In this document: positions 1-8,733 of the stretch, in pieces
Layout: the number at the start of each line of letters is the position of its first letter
Position numbering within the stretch: the stretch's first letter is position 1
DNA from: Thermodesulfobacteriota bacterium
Lineage (GTDB): Bacteria; Desulfobacterota_D; UBA1144; Nemesobacterales; Mycalebacteriaceae
DNA: 64,000 nt
Direction of reading: 5' to 3'
NCBI GenBank assembly: GCA_965226585.1
Contig: OZ245366.1
Coordinates: 96,001 to 160,000, forward strand
The notes under the pieces: generated by a model
Database searches by the model: none
What the model was told of the DNA's origin: nothing
Seen by the model: the letters and a program-made list of their open reading frames with translations, nothing else
Program-made: the position numbers and the translations under genes

Positions 1-1233
1 CCGTACCTGACGGGAAACTTTCCCGGAAAATGCGGAGTGCCCGGAATCCGCTGGCTTGACCGCGACCTGTGGGACAAACCTTTCACCTTCAGGCGCATGA
101 GAAGTTACGTGAGTTACGAGGCAATGTTTCTCAACAACGACATGACCACCCATCCGCCTCTGCTGTTTGAACTGATACCCTCGAGCGTGAGCGTGTTCAA
201 CGAGATGAACAGAGGACTGCTTCCCGGAAACAACCTGACGAAATCATCATCGGCGTTCTGGAAACTCAAGAGCCATTTTTTCAAAAACGGCTCGTCAATC
301 GATAGAGCGGCGGCGGATAAATTGCTTGACCGTCTGGACAGCTCCGTGGAAGACCTTCCGCTTTTCTGTTTCGCCGTGTTTATGGAGATAGACTCGCTTT
401 CGCACAAACTGCACCCTTTCCACAAAAAAGTTGTGGACGCCTACATAAAACTTGACGGCATAGTGGGCGAAGTGGTGGAGAGGCTTGAAAAAAAAGGCGT
501 TCTTGACAACACGCTGTTTCTGATTGTGAGCGACCACGGAATGACGGCGACACACACGCATCTCGACCTCTCGGCAATCCTTAAGGATAAAGGTTTCAAA
601 CTGCTTGAGTACCCGAACATATTCCGCAATTTTTTCGGAGCGGACTGCTCCGTGATGGTTTCGGGCAACTCAATGGCGCACATATATTTCAGAAACGCCT
701 GCGGAGAGACGAAAAAAAGCGTGGCGAACTGCCTCGCCTCCAGACGGGAGATAGACATCGTGATGAGAAAGGAAACCTGCGGGTGGATTTCCATAACGAG
801 TTCAAGGGGAAGCGGGCGCGTAAAAGTGCGGGGAGACAAAATTTTCTACGAGACAGCGGAGGGAGACCCTTTCGGGTTTCCGCCGATGAAGAGCGAAATA
901 TCGAAAGACGAACAACTCTCGCTTACTTTTGAAACCGGATACCCTGACGCCCTGCTTCAGGTGTGCCAGATATGTGAATCGTCACGCGCGGGCGACATCA
1001 TAGTGAGCGCGAAAGCGGGCTTTGATTTAAGGTCGCGTTTTGAGTTTCCCGAACACCGGGCGTCTCACGGCTCAATCTCCGGAAGCCACACCCGCGTTCC
1101 CGTTATGATGAACATTAAAATCGGCGGCGGAAAAGCCCGCACGGTTGACATCTACCCGACTGTTCTCGACCACATGGGAATTGAAACTCCGGAAAATATT
1201 GACGGCAAAAGCCTTCTCGCGCGGCGGGGCTAA
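1..1233 (+). CDS. Alkaline phosphatase superfamily / type I phosphodiesterase-nucleotide pyrophosphatase (5' truncated by the window)
   Basis: Frame open from base 1 (PYLTGNFPGKCGVPGIRW); metal-binding motifs IDSLSH, IVSDHG, ASHGS; C-terminal RTVDIYPT..IDGKSL. Confidence 0.8.
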   Translation, partial: PYLTGNFPGKCGVPGIRWLDRDLWDKPFTFRRMRSYVSYEAMFLNNDMTTHPPLLFELIPSSVSVFNEMNRGLLPGNNLTKSSSAFWKLKSHFFKNGSSIDRAAADKLLDRLDSSVEDLPLFCFAVFMEIDSLSHKLHPFHKKVVDAYIKLDGIVGEVVERLEKKGVLDNTLFLIVSDHGMTATHTHLDLSAILKDKGFKLLEYPNIFRNFFGADCSVMVSGNSMAHIYFRNACGETKKSVANCLASRREIDIVMRKETCGWISITSSRGSGRVKVRGDKIFYETAEGDPFGFPPMKSEISKDEQLSLTFETGYPDALLQVCQICESSRAGDIIVSAKAGFDLRSRFEFPEHRASHGSISGSHTRVPVMMNIKIGGGKARTVDIYPTVLDHMGIETPENIDGKSLLARRG

Positions 1234-1733
1234 CCACCCAGAACCGCTTTCTCTATATCCTTCTCAACCGTCTCTTCGGACTTTGAAGTGGCAACCGCTA
1301 TCTCGCTTGAGATAAGGGAGAAAGCGTTTTCCATTATCTGCTTCTCGCCGAAAGAGAGGTCTTTTTTTCTGCTTATCCTGAGGATGTCGCGAAACACTTC
1401 GGCAACCTCAAATATGTCACCGTTTTTTATCTTCTCGGAGTACTCTTTGTGCCGTTTGTTCCATGCCTGTTTCTTGCCCGCCGGAGACGATTTTGTTTTC
1501 TGCGCGAGCAGTTCAAAAACCTTGCGGACGCGGTTTTTTGATACCACTTTTCTCATGCCGACACTGTTTGTGTTCTTCACGGGAACCATAACAGTTATGT
1601 CGTTCTTGAGGGTTTTGAGTATGTAGAAGGTGGTCTTTTTGCCCGCTATTTCCCTCTTTTCCACGGACTGAATCTTTGCGACTCCGTAGACGGGGTAGAT
1701 AACGTTATTGCCGGGCTTGAACTGTACTGCCAT
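1230..1733 (-). CDS. carD: CarD family transcriptional regulator
   Basis: FKPGNNVIYPVYGVAKI N-terminus, MVPV..VGMRKV, conserved WNKRHKEY and LSFGEK. Confidence 0.9.
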   Translation of the reverse strand: MAVQFKPGNNVIYPVYGVAKIQSVEKREIAGKKTTFYILKTLKNDITVMVPVKNTNSVGMRKVVSKNRVRKVFELLAQKTKSSPAGKKQAWNKRHKEYSEKIKNGDIFEVAEVFRDILRISRKKDLSFGEKQIMENAFSLISSEIAVATSKSEETVEKDIEKAVLGG

Positions 1734-1760
1734 GGAAGGAGGAGCGAACGAAAGTTACCC

Positions 1761-1789
1761 ATTTTAACCGCGCGAGGCGTGCCGGTCAA
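1761..1789 (-). promoter_or_regulatory. Sigma70-type promoter for carD
   Basis: TTGACC-17 bp-TAAAAT on the minus strand, -10 ending about 27 nt upstream of the carD ATG. Confidence 0.65.
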
Positions 1790-1862
1790 ATAGTGCGGGC
1801 GGCAAAGTTTGTGATAAAATAGCGGGGCGCCGGGGGCTTTTCCCGCCTCAGGCGGCGGACAG

Positions 1863-3149
1863 ATGCCCGAAACAAAAATCATAAGAAACTACACGGAAAG
1901 GGGCGAAGACTCGCGCCTTCTTGATTCGTACCTGAAATCCGGCGGATACACCGCCCTGAAAACCGCGCTGGCAATGGAGCCTCAGGAGATTGTGGACAAG
2001 GTCAAAGAGTCGGGGCTTCGCGGACGCGGCGGCGCGGGTTTTCCAACCGGCTTGAAATGGGGGTTCATCCCGCATGACACGGAAAAACCCGTCTACCTGT
2101 GCTGTAACGCCGATGAGAGCGAACCGGGCAGCTTCAAAGACAGGGAGATTATAGAACGAGACCCTCATCAAATGCTTGAGGGAATGCTGATAGCGGCGCG
2201 CGCGGTGGGGGCGCGAAAGATGTACATATACATCAGGGGCGAGATGCCCTTCGGGGCGGGCGTGATTGAAAACGCCCTGAAGGAGGCGTATGCCGCCGGT
2301 TATCTGGGAGAAAATGTTATGGGCTCCGGCTTCAATGTGGACGCCGTTCTTTTCAGGGGGGCGGGCGCTTACATCTGCGGAGAGGAGACCGGAATGCTTG
2401 AATCCATTGAGGGAAAAAACGGCGAGCCGCGGCCGAAGCCGCCTTTTCCCGCGCAGTCGGGTCTGTTCGGCTGTCCCACGGTTGTGAACAACGTGGAAAC
2501 GCTCGCCTGCGTTCCGCACATAATAAACCGGGGGGCGCAGTGGTTTTCATCAATCGGCACGCCCAAAAACACGGGAACAAAGATATTCGGACTGAGCGGT
2601 TGCGTGAACCGCCCGGGGCTTTACGAACTTCCGCTCGGCATCTCTCTGCGCGAACTGATATACGAATACGGCGGCGGCATTGCCGGAGGAAAACAGCTTA
2701 AAGCCGTCTCCCCCGGCGGTTCGTCATCCGCCATTCTCTCAGCGGACGAGATAGACATTACGATGGATTTTGACACGCTCAACGGGATTGGCTCAATGCT
2801 TGGAACTGCGGGTGTTACGGTTATGGACGAAACGGTTTCAATGGTGAGCGCGGCGCGCAACCTCGCCCATTTCTACAGAGACGAATCGTGCGGTCAGTGC
2901 GTACAGTGCCGAGAGGGAACGTGGTGGCTTGAAAAGATGCTTTCAAGAATAGAGAGCGGAGCGGGCTCGGAGGAATATCCGGACATCATTCTTGACGCCT
3001 GCTCGCAGATGAGAGGCACAACCATTTGCGCTCTCGCAGACGGCTGCGCGATGCCGGTTGACTCCATAGTGCGCAAGTTCAGAAACGAGTTTGATGAAGC
3101 GATAGCGGGCGGCGGAGTAAAATCCGCGAGCATGGGAAAGTGGGAATAA
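1863..3149 (+). CDS. nuoF: NADH:quinone oxidoreductase subunit F (FMN/NADH-binding)
   Basis: SGLRGRGGAGFPTGLKW, NADESEPG, GAGAYICGEET, N3 cluster CGQCVQCREG...C. Confidence 0.93.
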   Translation: MPETKIIRNYTERGEDSRLLDSYLKSGGYTALKTALAMEPQEIVDKVKESGLRGRGGAGFPTGLKWGFIPHDTEKPVYLCCNADESEPGSFKDREIIERDPHQMLEGMLIAARAVGARKMYIYIRGEMPFGAGVIENALKEAYAAGYLGENVMGSGFNVDAVLFRGAGAYICGEETGMLESIEGKNGEPRPKPPFPAQSGLFGCPTVVNNVETLACVPHIINRGAQWFSSIGTPKNTGTKIFGLSGCVNRPGLYELPLGISLRELIYEYGGGIAGGKQLKAVSPGGSSSAILSADEIDITMDFDTLNGIGSMLGTAGVTVMDETVSMVSAARNLAHFYRDESCGQCVQCREGTWWLEKMLSRIESGAGSEEYPDIILDACSQMRGTTICALADGCAMPVDSIVRKFRNEFDEAIAGGGVKSASMGKWE

Positions 3150-3160
3150 TATCCGCTGTC

Positions 3161-3234
3161 TGGCTGGGGCGAGAGGATTCGAACCTCTACTGCCGGAGCC
3201 AAAGTCCGGTGTCCTGCCATTAGACGACGCCCCA
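3161..3234 (-). tRNA. tRNA-Gln (anticodon TTG), CCA encoded
   Basis: Reverse complement TGGGGCGTCGTCTAATGGCAGGACACCGGACTTTGGCTCCGGCAGTAGAGGTTCGAATCCTCTCGCCCCAGCCA folds as a cloverleaf; ispE-tRNA-Gln is a common arrangement. Confidence 0.96.
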
Positions 3235-3268
3235 GTGCGGGACTAAAATACACAAAACGGGCGGCGTC

Positions 3269-4144
3269 TTAAAGACCGGAGGCGAACTCGCCGCCGCCCT
3301 TGCCTTTCCATCCATTTATTCCGCGAGCGAGAAAACAGTCAAAATCCCCGGAATTGACGATATCAAAAACCGCGCGGGCGTTTGTCTCGTCTTCAAAGAC
3401 CGAGAAGAATGCCGAGCCGGAGCCCGTCATGCGGAATGCGGCTCCGGAGTCTGCCTCAAGGCGGCCGCAAAACCGCGCAAGGTCGGGATAGAGAGCGAAC
3501 GCCGGAGGCTCAAGGTCGTTTACCATCTCCAGCGGCGGGCTTATGTTCCACATCTTTTTCCCGCCCGCTCGCGCGGGGGAGGCGGCAAGTCCGTCCCATT
3601 TGCGGTAAACATCCGCCGTTTGAGACGGAAAACCCGGAAAGCAGACAACATAGAACAAAAGCGGAAACTGTTTCAGCGGCTCCGTTTTCTCTCCCGCCCC
3701 GGAAACTCTGCACGTTTCGCAGTCAATAAAAAGGGAAACGTCCGAACCTGTTTTGCGGGCGAGTTCGCGGAGCGCGCGCGATGAGAAAGCCCCCGTGGCG
3801 CGGTTGAGGCACACAAGAACGGCCGCCGCGTTTCCGCTTCCGCCGCCCAGCCCCGCGCCTGCGGGAATCTTTTTGTTGAGGAATATGCGCGCGCCCGCAC
3901 GAACGCCGGACTTTTCAAAAAACAGTTTCGCCGCTGTAAACGCGGTGTTTTCTTCAGGCGGACAGACGGGCGTATTGGTCTCAAGAGTAACGCCTGAGTC
4001 TCCGGTCATCTCTATCCGCACCTCGTCAAAGATATCTACGGGCTGAACAACCGACTCTATTTCGTGCATGCCGCCCGCAAGCGCGCACGTCACGCGGAGG
4101 TTGAGATTTATCTTTGCCGGAGACAGAATCGTGAACTCTTTCAT
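3269..4144 (-). CDS. ispE: 4-diphosphocytidyl-2-C-methyl-D-erythritol kinase
   Basis: SPAKINLNL, IPAGAGLGGGSGNAA (GHMP kinase), MTGSGSAFF. Confidence 0.93.
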   Translation of the reverse strand: MKEFTILSPAKINLNLRVTCALAGGMHEIESVVQPVDIFDEVRIEMTGDSGVTLETNTPVCPPEENTAFTAAKLFFEKSGVRAGARIFLNKKIPAGAGLGGGSGNAAAVLVCLNRATGAFSSRALRELARKTGSDVSLFIDCETCRVSGAGEKTEPLKQFPLLFYVVCFPGFPSQTADVYRKWDGLAASPARAGGKKMWNISPPLEMVNDLEPPAFALYPDLARFCGRLEADSGAAFRMTGSGSAFFSVFEDETNARAVFDIVNSGDFDCFLARGINGWKGKGGGEFASGL

Positions 4145-4183
4145 ACGCCGTGTTATTATGTTTCCGCCACGCGGGCAAGTCCA

Positions 4184-4570
4184 ATGTTTTTCAAAATCCT
4201 CCCCGTTTTTGTGATAGTCCCGATAGTTGAGATAGCGATACTCATCAAACTGGGCGGGCTGATAGGGGGCTGGGAAACCGTTTACATAGTGATTTTGACC
4301 GCCGTGCTGGGAGCCGCTCTCGCGAAACAGCAGGGGCTTTCGGTCTTAACGTCAATCATGGAAGACATGAACGCGGGCAGAGCACCGTCCGCAAATCTGA
4401 TGGACGGGCTTATGATTCTCGTTGGAGCCGTGGTGCTTCTCACCCCCGGTCTTGTTACCGATTTCGCGGGTTTTCTTCTTCTCATCCCGCAGACGCGGCG
4501 GCGAATAAAATTTTTTGTTCAGAAAAGGGTTGAGAAAAGAATGAACATCATAGACATCAGCCCGGACTGA
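4184..4570 (+). CDS. fxsA: FxsA family membrane protein
   Basis: VPIVEIAILI, LLTPGLVTD..GFLLLIP; start moved to ATG 4184. Confidence 0.88.
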   Translation: MFFKILPVFVIVPIVEIAILIKLGGLIGGWETVYIVILTAVLGAALAKQQGLSVLTSIMEDMNAGRAPSANLMDGLMILVGAVVLLTPGLVTDFAGFLLLIPQTRRRIKFFVQKRVEKRMNIIDISPD

Positions 4571-5933
4571 AATCGAGAGCCGCATTGACTATCGCGGAAG
4601 CAACCGGACTGCCGCCCTTCCTTCCCCTTATGACGACAAAAGGCGTGTCTCCCGCAGCCGCTTCAAGGCGCGTTTTTGACTGCTCAACATTGACGAAACC
4701 AACGGGCGCGCCCACCACCCCCAGAGGTGTGAAAGGCTTTGCGCCGCCGTGTGACCCTGCAAGCGCGTCCGCTATCTCCATAAGGGCGGTGGGAGCGTTG
4801 CCAACCGCGAACAGCGCGCCGGGATGCTCCCTTATCGCCACTCTCATCGCCGCGCGGCTTCTGGTTATCCCCTCTTTGCGGGCAATTTTCAGAGACTCGG
4901 GGCTGTCAAGATAGCAGAAAGCACGCGCGCCGGTTTTCTCAAGGAGGGCTTTTGAAATGCCCGCGAGAACCATATTCACATCCGTAACTATCTCGCCGCC
5001 GCGCAAGCCTCCGCTCCATTTTTCTATCGCGCCGCCTGAGCAATGGAAAAGCGTCTCATACTCAAAATCGGCGGTTGTGTGAATGCACCGCTTTATCGCG
5101 CTCAGTTCTCCGGGCTGTTTTGAGCCGGGGGATTTAAGACCGCTCTCAACGCTGTCGAAACTCTCGCGGTATATGGCATCAGCGGGTTCCGTGGCGGACA
5201 CGCGCACCCCTCTGGGCGTTACCATCGCGCCGCCTGAAAAGAATGTTTCCGAATTGCCTATTATCAAAAGCGAAAACATGTCTATCTCTTCCGGGTTGAG
5301 GCGGGAAAGCGTTGTTACGCGGGCGTTTTCGTCCTCCCTTGAAACGTTGCGCACAACTCCAACCGGAGTTTCAGGAGCCCTTATTGAGAGAAAAATCTCC
5401 TTGAGGCGCGGCAGTTGCCAGTATCTTTTTTCGCTTCTGGGATTGTGAATGACGGTAACGAAGTCGCCCCCGGCGGCGGCGGCGATGCGCTTTTCTATTG
5501 TCCGCCACGGGGTTAGCAAGTCTGACAGGGAAACGGAGCAGAAATCGTGCCCGAGCGGCGCGCCCAGTTTCGCGGCGGCGGCAAGGAAAGCGCTCACGCC
5601 CGGAACAACTGTTACTTCCGTGCCGCTACCTATCCGCCGCTCCGCCGAATGAACCACGGACGCCATTCCGTAAACACCGCTGTCGCCCGAACTGATAACC
5701 GCCACATTTTTTCCGCTCCGGGCAATTTCAAGAGCCGCTTCCGCCCTCTCGTCCTCTTCGGAAAGCTCCTTTTCAATCCGCTCGCAACCCTCAGGTATCA
5801 AGCCTTCCACAAACCGGAAATAGTAGCGGTAGCCGACAACCGCCTGCGCGCGGGCAAGCGCCTCTCTGGCAAGCGGCGTGATGTGCCCGTCCGCTCCCGG
5901 ACCCACGCCCACAACCGTTACGCTGCCCGGCAT
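4557..5933 (-). CDS. cbiHC: Fused precorrin-3B C17-methyltransferase (CbiH/CobJ) and precorrin-8X methylmutase (CbiC/CobH)
   Basis: N-half VVGVGPG, SSGDSGVYGMA, APLGHDFCSVSLSDLLTPW; C-half RCIHTTADFEY, VGNAPTAL, PVGFVNV, GRKGGS. Confidence 0.88.
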   Translation of the reverse strand: MPGSVTVVGVGPGADGHITPLAREALARAQAVVGYRYYFRFVEGLIPEGCERIEKELSEEDERAEAALEIARSGKNVAVISSGDSGVYGMASVVHSAERRIGSGTEVTVVPGVSAFLAAAAKLGAPLGHDFCSVSLSDLLTPWRTIEKRIAAAAGGDFVTVIHNPRSEKRYWQLPRLKEIFLSIRAPETPVGVVRNVSREDENARVTTLSRLNPEEIDMFSLLIIGNSETFFSGGAMVTPRGVRVSATEPADAIYRESFDSVESGLKSPGSKQPGELSAIKRCIHTTADFEYETLFHCSGGAIEKWSGGLRGGEIVTDVNMVLAGISKALLEKTGARAFCYLDSPESLKIARKEGITRSRAAMRVAIREHPGALFAVGNAPTALMEIADALAGSHGGAKPFTPLGVVGAPVGFVNVEQSKTRLEAAAGDTPFVVIRGRKGGSPVASAIVNAALDFSPG

Positions 5934-6637
5934 TTGTTGAGCCTCTTTGAAATTATGAACAGCGAAAAATACGGAAGGGCACCGTCAGAAATATCCTCAG
6001 GATGTTGCGTTATCATCTGCCCGTCTCCGCTGACATCTTTACAATACACAAACTCGTAGCCGCCCTCTTTTATCATCTGCGCCACCCCGGACGCGCCGCG
6101 CGGTTTTATAACAACCACCGTCTCAAAACTGTTCGCCGCGCTCCGTATCTCGCTCGCGGACACAGAGCCGGCAATCACGGCTATCTTGTCGCTTCCAAGC
6201 CCAAGGCAAACATCCGCCGCGCAACCGGCGGCGGAAAGTGATGAAACCCCCGGTATCAACTCGAAACTTCCCGGAGGAAATCCCGAACACAAAATACGGA
6301 ACGCCGTGCTGTAGAGCGAAAGACAGCCCTCGCACACAACTGAAACTGAGAAGCCCCGCTTGAGGTTCTCACGCAATTTGTCGCGCACGGGGGCGTACGC
6401 GCTTTCCGATGACTCTCTGCTTTTCATGTCAACATGGAACGGCTCCGCCCTGCTGTCAATCCCGTAGTGGCGCAAAATTGAAAGGGCGCGACTGCCGCCG
6501 TCTGTTTCGGGATAATAGATAACGTCCGATGCGCGAAGGGCTTCAAGCGCCCTAACGGTTATCAGGTCGGGCGCGCCGGGACCGAGAGAGATGCCTCTCA
6601 AACGCGCCTGAGGTTCGGGGTCATTTGTCCTGCTCAT
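5918..6637 (-). CDS. cbiL: Precorrin-2 / cobalt-factor II C20-methyltransferase
   Basis: GISLGPGAPDLITVRA, EGCLSLYST, IPGVSS, C-terminal LPYFSL; cobalamin cluster context. Confidence 0.82.
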   Translation of the reverse strand: MSRTNDPEPQARLRGISLGPGAPDLITVRALEALRASDVIYYPETDGGSRALSILRHYGIDSRAEPFHVDMKSRESSESAYAPVRDKLRENLKRGFSVSVVCEGCLSLYSTAFRILCSGFPPGSFELIPGVSSLSAAGCAADVCLGLGSDKIAVIAGSVSASEIRSAANSFETVVVIKPRGASGVAQMIKEGGYEFVYCKDVSGDGQMITQHPEDISDGALPYFSLFIISKRLNKCRAA

Positions 6638-7562
6638 TCAAAACGCCTTCGGGCGGAAGAGATCCCCTTACGTGGAAATGGTGACCCACCTGCTCTCTGC
6701 CCTTCTCATTTTCAAAACCGACTATGCGGGTTCTGTATTTGCACAACTGACAGTTCATGTTGGCGGTTCCCGTCTCAACCTCTTCGATTCTCTCGCTGAG
6801 TATGTCAAGTATGAGGTCGTGCGCGCCGAAAGGTTCTGTGTAGAAAATCTCCTTTTGCGAAACATCGCGGCGGGCTTCAATCAGAGAGTAGATCCTTTTC
6901 AGAAGAACTCCCGTGAAAAGAAAAACGGGAACGGCGATTATCCTTGAATACGGAAGCCGCTCGAGAATCTCAAGTGTATCCTCAAGTCCGGGTTTCGTAA
7001 CGCCTATGTACGCGGTGCGGGAGAAACCGAAACCCATGCCCTCCTCAAGCATTCTCGCCATTTTCGCGACATCGGAGTTTCCGTCCGGGTCGGAAGTTCC
7101 CCTGCCCACAACCAGCAGACAGCACTCCCCTCTTGGGCGCGGGGGAAGTTTGCTCTCGCACCTCTCTATGAGAAGACGGCACAGTTCAAGCAACTGGGGC
7201 GAGACGCCGAGAAAACTGCCGAAACGGATGCTGAGGTTTTTATGAGCCGCCTGCAGGGAGTTCATCTCAAAGGGCATATCGTTTTTCGCGTGCCCGCCGG
7301 CAAACAAAATCGCGGGCAGGGAGATGATGTCTCTGATGCCTTTTTCCATCATGGAACTCACCGCAACATCAAAAGTCGGGTGGGAGAACTCAAGAAACCC
7401 GTAGTCCACAACCGCTTCGGGATGGCGGTTTCTCATTCCGTCAACAAGGGCTTTGAAACCGCTCACACCTTCGGGGTCGCGGCTCCCGTGTCCGCATATC
7501 AAAATGCCCTTGCGCTCCCCGCCGGGCGGTGTGTTGCTTTGAGATTTCAATTTCTTTGCCAC
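6621..7562 (-). CDS. cbiX: Sirohydrochlorin cobaltochelatase (long CbiX)
   Basis: CGHGSRD, GFLEF, HAKND, GRGTSDPDGNS, FLFTGVL, C-terminal MNCQLCKYR and HHFH. Confidence 0.9.
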   Translation of the reverse strand: MAKKLKSQSNTPPGGERKGILICGHGSRDPEGVSGFKALVDGMRNRHPEAVVDYGFLEFSHPTFDVAVSSMMEKGIRDIISLPAILFAGGHAKNDMPFEMNSLQAAHKNLSIRFGSFLGVSPQLLELCRLLIERCESKLPPRPRGECCLLVVGRGTSDPDGNSDVAKMARMLEEGMGFGFSRTAYIGVTKPGLEDTLEILERLPYSRIIAVPVFLFTGVLLKRIYSLIEARRDVSQKEIFYTEPFGAHDLILDILSERIEEVETGTANMNCQLCKYRTRIVGFENEKGREQVGHHFHVRGSLPPEGVLNEQDK

Positions 7563-7628
7563 TCCCCTTCCTGATGAAGATACTCTATTGGGCGTTTCAA
7601 TTCCAAAATCCTCACGGCGGGAGTAAAT

Positions 7629-8588
7629 TCAAATCAGAATTTCAACAGCCGCGGCAAGGGCGGCAGACAGAACTGTGACGGCGGTGTTCACCTTTTTTGC
7701 CGCCGTGTAGTCGCCCGGGAAAAGCGCGCGGGGATTTGAGCCGATAAACGGTTTGACGGACGGCTCTCCGCCGTATGTCGCCTCTCCGCCGAAGCGGCAG
7801 TCCAGAATTCCCGCGAGCGCGGCTTGCGGAAAACCGGCATTCGGGCTGGGATGACTGCGCCCGAATCTGAAGATAAAAACAAAGGCGCGGCGGCTTGGAG
7901 CAACCGCCGCCATAAGAAAAGCCGTAATGCGGGCGGGAACAAAATTCGCGGCGTCATCAATCCGCGCCGCCGCCATGCCGAAGCGAAGGTAGCGGCTGTT
8001 TTTGTAGCCCGTCATTGAATCCATCGTGTTGACCGCCTTGTAAGCCATCATCGCCGGAACGCCGCCAATCAGGTAGAAAAAAACGGGAGCCACAACACCG
8101 TCTGACAAATTTTCAGACATCGTCTCAAGCACGGCCGTTCTTATGCGGGCGGGGCAGAGTTTGTCCGTGTCGCGCCCGACAATCATCGAAAGCCGCCGCC
8201 GCGCAAGCCCGGTGTCGTTCTCCTCAAGGGCTGAAAAAACCGCCCCGCACTCGGCGGTCAATCCCGCTCCCGCAAGCCCGAAAAAAACAAACAGGGACGA
8301 AAAGGCAATGTCCACTGCGGGTCCCGCTGAAGCGGCAAAGGTTTTAGCGAGCGAGAAAACCCAGAAAACCGCTGAAGTGAAAAAGACGGCAAAAACCGCG
8401 CCTTTTACGGCTCTGCCCGCTCCCCGGTTGAGGGCGGCATCCGCGCGGGATATGACGGCTCCAAAAAGCCGGACGGGATGCGGAAGACGCGGAGGGTCTG
8501 CAAAGATAAAGTCCGCCGCAAGCCCCGCGACAAGAGCGGCTGAAGCGATAACCGGAGCGGAGAGAAGGTCGGATGTGAAAACGCCCAT
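7629..8588 (-). CDS. cbiB: Adenosylcobinamide-phosphate synthase
   Basis: DPPRLPHPV, IVGRDT, ENLSDGVVAP, YKAVNTMDSM, HPSPNAG; start ATG 8588 or TTG 8594. Confidence 0.92.
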   Translation of the reverse strand: MGVFTSDLLSAPVIASAALVAGLAADFIFADPPRLPHPVRLFGAVISRADAALNRGAGRAVKGAVFAVFFTSAVFWVFSLAKTFAASAGPAVDIAFSSLFVFFGLAGAGLTAECGAVFSALEENDTGLARRRLSMIVGRDTDKLCPARIRTAVLETMSENLSDGVVAPVFFYLIGGVPAMMAYKAVNTMDSMTGYKNSRYLRFGMAAARIDDAANFVPARITAFLMAAVAPSRRAFVFIFRFGRSHPSPNAGFPQAALAGILDCRFGGEATYGGEPSVKPFIGSNPRALFPGDYTAAKKVNTAVTVLSAALAAAVEILI

Positions 8589-8597
8589 TGTCAAGTC

Positions 8598-8675
8598 TGG
8601 CAGTCCCTACGGGATTTGAACCCGTGTTTCTACCTTGAGAGGGTAGCGTCCTGGGCCAGGCTAGACGAAGGGACC
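8598..8675 (-). tRNA. tRNA-Glu (anticodon CTC), CCA encoded
   Basis: Reverse complement GGTCCCTTCGTCTAGCCTGGCCCAGGACGCTACCCTCTCAAGGTAGAAACACGGGTTCAAATCCCGTAGGGACTGCCA; anticodon stem CTACC/GGTAG. Confidence 0.96.
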
Positions 8676-8693
8676 CTTTAAGACAGAAACGAT

Positions 8694-8721
8694 ATTCTAT
8701 ACGGGACGGGCGGGCGGTCAA
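8694..8721 (-). promoter_or_regulatory. Sigma70-type promoter for tRNA-Glu (and probably cbiB)
   Basis: TTGACC-16 bp-TAGAAT on the minus strand just upstream of the tRNA. Confidence 0.6.
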
Positions 8722-8733
8722 ACCGGAGGGGCG

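Noticed and set aside
7563..7628. Cobalamin riboswitch upstream of cbiX or cbiB
   Set aside because: The intergenic space is too short and no B12-box-like motif is seen.
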